Shown: one piece after another, positions 56,343 through 64,000 of the stretch
How the letters are laid out: every line of letters begins with the position of its first letter
Numbering within the stretch: position 1 is the first letter of the stretch
From: a virus
Taxonomy: Duplodnaviria; Caudoviricetes
Direction: 5' to 3' (one strand)
DNA length: 64,000 nucleotides
IMG/VR virus record: IMGVR_UViG_3300021426_000005
Translations under genes and position numbers: made by a program
The notes under the pieces: generated by a model
The model's database searches: none
Seen by the model: only the letters and a program-made list of their open reading frames with translations
Told to the model about the DNA's origin: nothing

Positions 56343-58919
56343 TTATTTTTGATTTGGTGCAAAACCTGTGTGTACTTTGGTTTTGATATGATAGAGAAAA
56401 TCACTTCTCGGTATACTATAACGATTACAGTAATCAGCAATATGCGATTTATAATCCTCTGTCACAATACCATTGACACCGAGGGCTTCATCACCTTCTG
56501 GCTTGCTACCGTCCGGATTCTTGAATACTGGAAGATCATATCCTACTTCAAATAGATGATACTGTATATACTTAACCTCATCAGGATCTTCTGTATCAAC
56601 ATTGTCGGTTTCCTTGTATGGACAAGGATATTCAAGTCCATACCAGCGGTATGAAGTAGTTACATCACACTTAATAGTGAATGGGAGAAAACTTGCAGCT
56701 TCGCACATTAGTTGTGAAAGTCGTTCCCCACCTTCTTTCCAGTGTTCGATTGGAACTTCACCTACAAGCTCATCATGTATTTGTAGAATAACCCTGCCAC
56801 CAAGTTCATTCCATATAGGGTCGTTTTCTACCTCTATCATAGCTAACTTTGTAAGATCAGCCGCTGATCCCTGCACACAGGAATTTACACATTGCCTAGA
56901 TGCTTCTGAAATCTTATGACTGTTATTGATAACCTTAATATGATAATTTTCTGCAAGTTCCTTTATGCGCTTCGCTTTCTGACCGAAATACTTATAGGAA
57001 GTAAGCTCTTTATAGAGCTTATCCTGTATTCGTTTAGGTATTCCGTCATTCCCAGTAAAAGTGGAAGGATCCAAAGGATCTATATCTGGATTTACATATC
57101 CAGGCATAGGCTGAAATTCAAACTCCGGAAGCATCATATCTGGGATATGTCTTCTACGACCAAGTATAGTTTCCACATAACCCTTATCATGTGCCATTTT
57201 CTGACTACTTATCATAAATCGCCGTAATGCGGGGAAAGCATTAAGAACCGAATCATATACGAACTGAGCTTGCTTTACTTTCTTTTCATCATCCCAATCT
57301 TCATGACTATATAGCTGATCTGCGATTGAAGGAATAGATCTACCATAAAGCACGCCCAATACGATTGATTTTGCTGAAGTTCGTCTGGCTTTTCCATCAG
57401 GGTTATATTCACCTGTCGGTGTAAACTCCTTACATTCTTCATAAGTCTTATTAAAGGCAATACTTGCTATAAAAGAATATATATCCTTATTTTCCTGGAA
57501 TGCCTTTATCATATCAGGATCTTGAGATATGAATGCGGTTAATTTTGGTTCCTGCTGACTGTAATCTGATGACAGCATAATATATCCAGGCGTGGCTCTA
57601 AACATATGACGAATATCGTTCGATTTGGATGGGATATTCTGCATATTTGGATCCGAAGAACTAAGACGACCGGTTCTTGCCCCTAGCTGCTTGAAGGTAC
57701 AATGTATTCTACTATCATCAGTAGTACCGTCAGGTAACTTATCGACAAAAGTACCAATCAATGTTACAAGACTTCTGCATTTCAGTATCTGTGCAATCAA
57801 AGGGTGATTATATGTACTGAGAACAGACTTGTCTGTGCTATTGGTCTTACCATTACCAAGTCTCAACCAGTCATAACAAAGCCATTTTACATGAGGTGTG
57901 CTGTTAGGGTTGAAATCTTTTGCGGTTTTGAATGGTCTTTTACTTGTTGAAAAATACTTTGGATCATTCAGAACGGCATCTAACAGCGAATACATCTTTT
58001 TATACTCAGCATCAAGGAGACCATGATACTTTGTACGAAGCATAGCGGCTACTGATTTTTCAAGATATATCCCTCGTCTGTGCATCAGCTGACATATCTT
58101 TGTCAGAGGAAATTCAACTCCCCATACAAGATCTGCTATTGCTTCAAAATGATGCTTCTGACACTTAGGATTATCTTTTTTGAGATATGGTAGCTGCCAC
58201 ATACACAATTCATAGGTATACTTGGCATCAGCTGCCGCATACAATTTAGCGACTTGTGGGTTACAGTATGGGAACAGATCTGCGGTGAAGAAATCGCTGA
58301 ACTTCATTCTATCCATCTGACCTTTAAGCGGATACTTAGTATAAAGACCTTTAAGAGAATTATCCTTTTCATCTTCTTTGATACAGCGCCATGCGATAAT
58401 AACGTCATACCAGAATACCGGTAACAGATCTACCTTTAGATCTTTGAATATCATAGCTAAGTCGAAGTCTGCATTTGCGAATATCAGCTTGATATTGCTA
58501 TCCGCTAATCTCTGCAATTCAACAGCTACTTGTTCGTAGGTAAGCTGATCCTTGTAAGGTTCATCAAATAAAGGTACGATATGCTTTATCGGGATATATA
58601 CTTCTACACCACCAGGATAGTATAAAGAAACGCCAACAATGGTATCCTTTATTTTATCCAGTCCAGTAGTCTCGGTATCAATTGCACCGATACCGGCTTT
58701 TAGCATCTTAGATATATAATCATGTAATGCATCCGGTGCAGTTATCAGTTCTGCCTTTGAATCTTTGAAGTGTTCAACTACCTTTGCAGAAATCTCATTG
58801 ATCTTAGCAGACAGATTCTTAGCATTGACCTTGGTTTTGGGTGGTGGCTCTTCTAGCTGCTTGCTCTTTTCAGCAGAGGCCATTATCTGAGCCATTTGGA
58901 CTTTGCTGAATAGCCCCAT
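56343..58919 (-). CDS. polA: Family A DNA polymerase with 3'-5' exonuclease
   Basis: AIDTETTGL, NADFD, TGRLSSSDPNMQNIP, DYSQQEPK, AKSIVLGVLYG, VQGSAAD, QIHDEL. Confidence 0.95.
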   Translation of the reverse strand: MGLFSKVQMAQIMASAEKSKQLEEPPPKTKVNAKNLSAKINEISAKVVEHFKDSKAELITAPDALHDYISKMLKAGIGAIDTETTGLDKIKDTIVGVSLYYPGGVEVYIPIKHIVPLFDEPYKDQLTYEQVAVELQRLADSNIKLIFANADFDLAMIFKDLKVDLLPVFWYDVIIAWRCIKEDEKDNSLKGLYTKYPLKGQMDRMKFSDFFTADLFPYCNPQVAKLYAAADAKYTYELCMWQLPYLKKDNPKCQKHHFEAIADLVWGVEFPLTKICQLMHRRGIYLEKSVAAMLRTKYHGLLDAEYKKMYSLLDAVLNDPKYFSTSKRPFKTAKDFNPNSTPHVKWLCYDWLRLGNGKTNSTDKSVLSTYNHPLIAQILKCRSLVTLIGTFVDKLPDGTTDDSRIHCTFKQLGARTGRLSSSDPNMQNIPSKSNDIRHMFRATPGYIMLSSDYSQQEPKLTAFISQDPDMIKAFQENKDIYSFIASIAFNKTYEECKEFTPTGEYNPDGKARRTSAKSIVLGVLYGRSIPSIADQLYSHEDWDDEKKVKQAQFVYDSVLNAFPALRRFMISSQKMAHDKGYVETILGRRRHIPDMMLPEFEFQPMPGYVNPDIDPLDPSTFTGNDGIPKRIQDKLYKELTSYKYFGQKAKRIKELAENYHIKVINNSHKISEASRQCVNSCVQGSAADLTKLAMIEVENDPIWNELGGRVILQIHDELVGEVPIEHWKEGGERLSQLMCEAASFLPFTIKCDVTTSYRWYGLEYPCPYKETDNVDTEDPDEVKYIQYHLFEVGYDLPVFKNPDGSKPEGDEALGVNGIVTEDYKSHIADYCNRYSIPRSDFLYHIKTKVHTGFAPNQK

Positions 58920-58988
58920 ATGAACATCACTCCTTACCGTAGATTAGAATAGCCTGCCGTACTTGTATACAGCAGGCTAAACCGAAAA

Positions 58989-59690
58989 TTAGTCGAAATC
59001 GGGTGCTTCTTCGATTTCTTCCAGAGCATCATCAGCCGACACAAGAACGTCTACACCGTTGAGATCCGGACCCCCAGTAGTGTCCACTGTCACCCTTGGT
59101 GCAGGTGTGTAGTCAGGAAGTGTAGACAGGTTTTCAGCACTTGCAGAATTGAGCCAGCTGTTCATTACAGTGGCATCAGCTGACTTACAGATCATTTCAT
59201 AGGCATCAGGCATCTTAGTGTTTACACTAGCAAGGATCTCATCATAGCTCATATGATTGCTTCCTACCAGCGTAAAACTGTAAGTAGTATTGATGTCATG
59301 ATAAGCACCGTTCCTTGTGATACGGTAAACATACTCCGAAGGATTAGCGATCGAATTGAATACCTGAGCATTGAGCTGCGGTTCAAACTTCATTGTTCTG
59401 TCCCAGAACAATAATTGATTGACCGGCTTACCTCCGATGTTCTGAACATACATCGGTACAAACAGCTTTGTCTGAGTTCTGATACCTCTTGCACAGGCAG
59501 GGCAGCCAGCGCCAAGGCAATGAGCATATCCGTTGTACGCATTACTCTTGATGTAATGTACATCCGCAACCAGCACGTCCTTTGTGCTGCGATAAAGCAG
59601 TATTACATCAGCATAGTCCTTATCATTCTGAAGGACAAATTTACCTTCATACTTCTCTTCTCTTACTTCCTCTGCGGTTCTAAATCCCAT
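58989..59690 (-). CDS. Single-stranded DNA-binding protein (gp32-like)
   Basis: HY...C...CPAC, YRITRNG....TTY, acidic C-terminal tail. Confidence 0.65.
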   Translation of the reverse strand: MGFRTAEEVREEKYEGKFVLQNDKDYADVILLYRSTKDVLVADVHYIKSNAYNGYAHCLGAGCPACARGIRTQTKLFVPMYVQNIGGKPVNQLLFWDRTMKFEPQLNAQVFNSIANPSEYVYRITRNGAYHDINTTYSFTLVGSNHMSYDEILASVNTKMPDAYEMICKSADATVMNSWLNSASAENLSTLPDYTPAPRVTVDTTGGPDLNGVDVLVSADDALEEIEEAPDFD

Positions 59691-59784
59691 AAAATCAACT
59701 CCTTATTTTGATATGATATATAAACAGCGCAAGGGATCGGCGCTATCCACCTATAATAACGATTGCCCTAATCTAAATATTTTA

Positions 59785-60783
59785 CTATTCCAAGTCTAGA
59801 GCATTAAACTCTTCTTCGGTAAGATCATTGATGTCTTTCCCCAAGGGAATACCAGTAAACTGCCATACAATAGCTACGTTGTGTAGTGCCTTTTTGAGCT
59901 TTACTGTAGCTTTCTGTCCGGCCTCATCTGGATCAAAACCTAAGATGAATTCCTTGACACCAAGCTCTTTAAGCTGCTGTATCTGATATGAATTACCAGT
60001 ACCAAGCAAAGCAACTGCGGGTCTACCATATCTCCATGATGTCAAAGCATTGAAACAACTTTCGCATATGACTACAGACTTAATATCCTTTGGCAATTCA
60101 TATAAACCGTACACAGGCTTAGTTACACCTTGAGGGTAGTTAAACAATTTTCCTTGTATAGATCTTCTACAGAAGAATAGTGTCTTTCCAGATCTATCCC
60201 TAACTGGAAATGTTATACACGGAACTGGCTTTTTTCGACCCGGAGGTATCCAGTTTGCATCATATCCTATATCAAACTTTATGATCAGTTCATCAGTCAG
60301 CTTTCGTTCATACATATACGGTACCGTAAATCTATACTTGGCAAGCTCTTCCTCAGTCACATAAGGTATCTGAGCAGATTTGAAACTTGAAATATAATCT
60401 ACGGCATAGCGATTGATCAACCCTTCAAACATACCAGAGGGTAGGAGCATATCGGCTTCACCAGCTTCATACTCATACCCTGGTATATTCTCGGTCAGCC
60501 ATTCAACAGCACTTTTTTCGATATGATGAATTTTCAGAAGTTCATTGACTGTCTGTTCTATAGGCTTTGCAAATCCACATGAGAAGCAGTGCGTAAATCC
60601 AGCCGGATATAATCTTCCACCACGCATTTCATCTGTAAGAAGTACACCACATGAGGGCTTCTTTTCATTACCGTCATTGTGAAACGGGCAGTAGATTTGC
60701 ATATAGTTACCTACTTGCTTACTCTGTCTCAATAAGCCGAATGCTTCCAGTTTATCAAGAATGATCGGCATATCCAGAGCCAT
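59785..60783 (-). CDS. dnaG: DNA primase
   Basis: CPFH...CFSCG zinc finger, ITFPVRD, TOPRIM (ICES...ALLG...FDPDEAG...KDIND). Confidence 0.9.
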   Translation of the reverse strand: MALDMPIILDKLEAFGLLRQSKQVGNYMQIYCPFHNDGNEKKPSCGVLLTDEMRGGRLYPAGFTHCFSCGFAKPIEQTVNELLKIHHIEKSAVEWLTENIPGYEYEAGEADMLLPSGMFEGLINRYAVDYISSFKSAQIPYVTEEELAKYRFTVPYMYERKLTDELIIKFDIGYDANWIPPGRKKPVPCITFPVRDRSGKTLFFCRRSIQGKLFNYPQGVTKPVYGLYELPKDIKSVVICESCFNALTSWRYGRPAVALLGTGNSYQIQQLKELGVKEFILGFDPDEAGQKATVKLKKALHNVAIVWQFTGIPLGKDINDLTEEEFNALDLE

Positions 60784-60797
60784 TACATCACCACCTA

Positions 60798-62147
60798 TCA
60801 GAATTCAATATCATCATCAGCATTAAGATCTGTGTCATCTACAGTCGGCACATCAACGGTAGGAATATCTATATCAGGAGAAATTACCGGTGTCACAGAA
60901 GAACCTACCGAATCATCACCATTCGGAAGATATTGCAGATTTCCTGTATTGATATCCCATGCGTATGAAAACTCAGGCTTCTGGTTATTCGCATTTCGTG
61001 ACTTTTCCAGACGAATATCCAGAACGTGCTTGTCAAATATCTGACGTACTGCGAATACCTGGGTTGCAATTCTTGCCGGATGATCTGAGCCTTCAACGTT
61101 ATAGATATTGGGGAATACTTCACCTTTATCATCTTTGTTGTCTTTAGTAGCTCTATTTGCCTGCATAATAACAACTACTGCACAGCCGCAATCTTTACTC
61201 ATTTTGAACAGTGCGGTACAGAGATTCTTGTACTTGACGTAATCCGTATCACCACGTTTACCGTCACTATCTTCCATATAAGATAAACCATCTATGACAA
61301 CCAGCTTTATTTTATTTTTCCGAACAAAACGTTTCAGAACTGGTACATTTACAACTTCATCAGGGGCATCTTTATCCTCAAGGACAAAAGCACTAGTTTC
61401 TTGTTCTTCCAGATCTTTCAGATATTCATAGTATGCTTCAGTATAATTACCTTGGTGGAGCTTGCTGTTTTCAAAGTTACCTCTCCAGGTATCAAAACGT
61501 GTACCTAAGAAGCTGGCCTGCATTTCGGGCGAATAGTACAACACTGGAAACCCATTCTTTTGAGCAGTTTCCATCATGCGTACACCAATCCAGCTTTTTC
61601 CAGAGTTAGTACGGGCTATCAACAATAACAATTCTTCAACAGTCGAAAGGCCACCATACATGACTTTATCTATTTCAGAAAAACCAGTAGGTATTCTCGC
61701 TTGCTGACTATACTCAATTACCTGTCTACTACGCTTCTTAGCATCCTTGATAAGATCCAAAGGCTGAGTAGATGATAATGCACCGACCTTCTCACATTGC
61801 TTCTCAAGATAAGCCCAAGCATCATCTACATCACCAGCACCTAAGTCTTTGAGCTTATTGAAAGTATCAATGAGCATTATATGACGTTTATTTCGTCTAA
61901 TCTCTTCGGTAAGATATGCTAGTGACTCTCTGACATTTACAAGAGTTACATCTTGAAATTCTGTCTGAAAAGTGAATGGATCAGGTACATTACCATACTG
62001 ATCCTTGTGATGAAGTATGAACTCAATATGCGGTCTAAATATAGAATAATAGGATCCGTCAAATTCACATAAAGTCTCTACTTCAGCAGCATTGTCCGAT
62101 GTAAGGATTTTTGATATAACTTGTAATTCGATTGATGTTACACTCAT
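60798..62147 (-). CDS. dnaB: Replicative helicase (DnaB-like)
   Basis: IPTGF..ID..MYGG, ARTNSGKS, SPEM, VIDGL, QANR, LEKSRN. Confidence 0.9.
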   Translation of the reverse strand: MSVTSIELQVISKILTSDNAAEVETLCEFDGSYYSIFRPHIEFILHHKDQYGNVPDPFTFQTEFQDVTLVNVRESLAYLTEEIRRNKRHIMLIDTFNKLKDLGAGDVDDAWAYLEKQCEKVGALSSTQPLDLIKDAKKRSRQVIEYSQQARIPTGFSEIDKVMYGGLSTVEELLLLIARTNSGKSWIGVRMMETAQKNGFPVLYYSPEMQASFLGTRFDTWRGNFENSKLHQGNYTEAYYEYLKDLEEQETSAFVLEDKDAPDEVVNVPVLKRFVRKNKIKLVVIDGLSYMEDSDGKRGDTDYVKYKNLCTALFKMSKDCGCAVVVIMQANRATKDNKDDKGEVFPNIYNVEGSDHPARIATQVFAVRQIFDKHVLDIRLEKSRNANNQKPEFSYAWDINTGNLQYLPNGDDSVGSSVTPVISPDIDIPTVDVPTVDDTDLNADDDIEF

Positions 62148-62731
62148 ACTGAGATCACCGCCTCTTCAAACCTAGTTTTTATCCGGTTAAAGAACACTCC
62201 GGATCCAACAAGTGTTGATAGTTTAGGTGAAACCACAATCGTAGTCAGACCGTTGGACATTCTGTCATGTATGATATTCAGTAAAGTCTGAGACTGAAAA
62301 TCCTGAAATTTTACGAAATCCAGATTAGATATAATCAAGATTTTCGCAGTATTGATCCATATCTGAGTATACTCAAGTGATTCTGGTATATCTTTCAATC
62401 CCCAACTCCGTTGAACACTATCTAGATATGCCGAATACTTCAAGTGATAGACATTACAGTGTAATCTATTACCTTGCCAATTTTCACATATACCACAGTA
62501 TGTAAGAAGATTAGCAAGTGTTGAAGTATCATCCGCTATAGTAACCTTTAGCTTATTATCTGCATGAAGAATACGTTGAACTTTGAGAATGTCTTTAGCG
62601 GAACTACCGGGGACATTCCCCTTCAATGAACAGCCATTCCGCTCAAACAGATATGAGGTCTCTACCAGTGACGGACAAGCCTTATCGCATATTGGTAATG
62701 TGCAGAATGGAGCGAAAATACAATTATCCAT
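62144..62731 (-). CDS. Degenerate DnaC/IstB-like helicase loader
   Basis: AKILIISNLD...LLNIIHDRMSNGLTTIVVS...RI matches the DnaC C-terminal half; no intact Walker A. Confidence 0.6.
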   Translation of the reverse strand: MDNCIFAPFCTLPICDKACPSLVETSYLFERNGCSLKGNVPGSSAKDILKVQRILHADNKLKVTIADDTSTLANLLTYCGICENWQGNRLHCNVYHLKYSAYLDSVQRSWGLKDIPESLEYTQIWINTAKILIISNLDFVKFQDFQSQTLLNIIHDRMSNGLTTIVVSPKLSTLVGSGVFFNRIKTRFEEAVISV

Positions 62732-63878
62732 GTCCTATGCACCGCCGTATGATTGGATTTCGGGACCTTAGAAAAGATACCCTCGCAGATATCAACGATT
62801 TTCCAAGTTCAACAGGATCATACCCCCACGAAGCATACTGTTCCGGTGTTGTGAATAAAGTAAGAAACTTCTCAAGAGTACCGTACATCGGATACTTGTG
62901 CTCAATACCAGAATCACGTTCAAGCAACCATCTGCGAACTACATACTCCTTGATAAATTCAGAGGATCTGGGGATAAATTTACTATCAGGAAGTTCATCC
63001 CAGACTGACATGGTATCAAATAATTCTCCGTCAATTTCTATCTGACCATAGAAGCTATTAGCCTTATCATTCATAAATCGAATGAGCTTGTAAAAGTGCG
63101 GATATTCTATGATGTTCTTCCGCACTTGATCTTCTGTATACCCAGAAATCGGCAGTATCACACCTAAATCCGAATCAAAGGATAAATCCCCACATGGTTC
63201 ATACATGATAGCTTTTCTTGTACGGATAAACCTATTTGGGTACAGATTCATGAAGTCTGATTCTGTAAACTTGTTGATGTCGGTGGTAACAGATATTTCG
63301 TTCTGTACTGTGGGGATAATCGGCAATGTAGTGTATATCGTATAACGTTCACCGTCTTTTACCATATCAAGCCAGGGCTTTGTAGGATCAAATCTTGGTA
63401 TGATCGGAGGTCTGAGATATAAATCTTCTTTTGGAGTTTCCACAACAGTAGATACAGAATGCTTCTGATTTATCTTTTCAGAGTTTCCCCCGGATTTAGA
63501 TGTAGTAGAAGATTTCACCTTCTTGGGGATAGAAGTAACCGAAGTTGATGTAGGTGTTGCATTTGATATGTCCCATTCTATCCTTGAAACTGGAACATAT
63601 TTATCACCAAGCATAGTATCTAAGTCATCATCATTTAGTGTCTGAATCTCGTCATACGGTAAGGATAAATCCATATCGCAGGATTCATTAAGCAAAACTA
63701 TAGCTGCGGCTGTATTAAGCATCGAAGCAATTTTCAGCTTAAACGACCTGGAGTTCACATAATGAGCTACCGCATAATCGATAATATCGCTGTGCATTGT
63801 AGATAATTTAGCCTTAAACTTTATGGGATAGTCGAACTTATCCATAAACTGAGAGATTTCAATTTTAGAGCATGACAT
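62724..63878 (-). CDS. Hypothetical protein (replication module)
   Basis: 384-aa ORF with an S/T/K linker. Confidence 0.6.
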   Translation of the reverse strand: MSCSKIEISQFMDKFDYPIKFKAKLSTMHSDIIDYAVAHYVNSRSFKLKIASMLNTAAAIVLLNESCDMDLSLPYDEIQTLNDDDLDTMLGDKYVPVSRIEWDISNATPTSTSVTSIPKKVKSSTTSKSGGNSEKINQKHSVSTVVETPKEDLYLRPPIIPRFDPTKPWLDMVKDGERYTIYTTLPIIPTVQNEISVTTDINKFTESDFMNLYPNRFIRTRKAIMYEPCGDLSFDSDLGVILPISGYTEDQVRKNIIEYPHFYKLIRFMNDKANSFYGQIEIDGELFDTMSVWDELPDSKFIPRSSEFIKEYVVRRWLLERDSGIEHKYPMYGTLEKFLTLFTTPEQYASWGYDPVELGKSLISARVSFLRSRNPIIRRCIGHG

Positions 63879-64000
63879 ATGTAAATTCCTCCATATTCTT
63901 CATCTCACCAAGGCCAATCCTATCAAGCACTTCAAGATGATCTCTAAAATCATCATAGATGCTGTATATATCATAGTCCATTACTTCCATATAGGACGCC
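63865..64000 (-). CDS. C-terminal fragment of an upstream gene
   Basis: Open frame ASYMEVMDYD...EEFTYVML* entering from the right edge. Confidence 0.5.
   Translation of the reverse strand, partial: ASYMEVMDYDIYSIYDDFRDHLEVLDRIGLGEMKNMEEFTYVML

Noticed and set aside
579-63045. The many + strand ORFs in the track
   Set aside because: Essentially all are antisense to well-supported - strand genes and show no recognisable motifs.

Overview
A 64-kb slice of a large contractile-tailed (myovirus, distantly T4-like) phage genome, probably infecting a gut Clostridia/Bacillota host (DUF4317 gene, CHAP/GH25-type hydrolases, BspA-type LRR). All credible genes are on the - strand. Read in the direction of transcription (right to left): (1) replication/recombination: DnaC-like, DnaB, primase, SSB, family A polymerase, a bacterial-type beta clamp with a DnaX/HolA/HolB clamp loader, Cas4-like nuclease, RecA, resolvase; (2) packaging/neck: TerL, a degenerate NAD-ligase-like protein, portal, LRR protein, neck and tail terminator, sheath; (3) a ~13-kb accessory region of small genes; (4) tail tube, chaperone, tape measure and baseplate/lysin genes. 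No major capsid gene, tRNA or canonical CRISPR array was seen. The standout is a three-part locus at 22521-24399: a solo Cas7/Csm3-like RAMP gene, then a ~680-nt non-coding array of 12 units built as GGCA-(GGY-NN)9-14 with 5-nt periodicity, then a conserved accessory gene. This looks like a non-CRISPR RNA-guided system whose information sits in the spaced NN dinucleotides (as I recall, the architecture named VIPR; to be verified). All product calls come from motif recognition by eye; no database searches were run.
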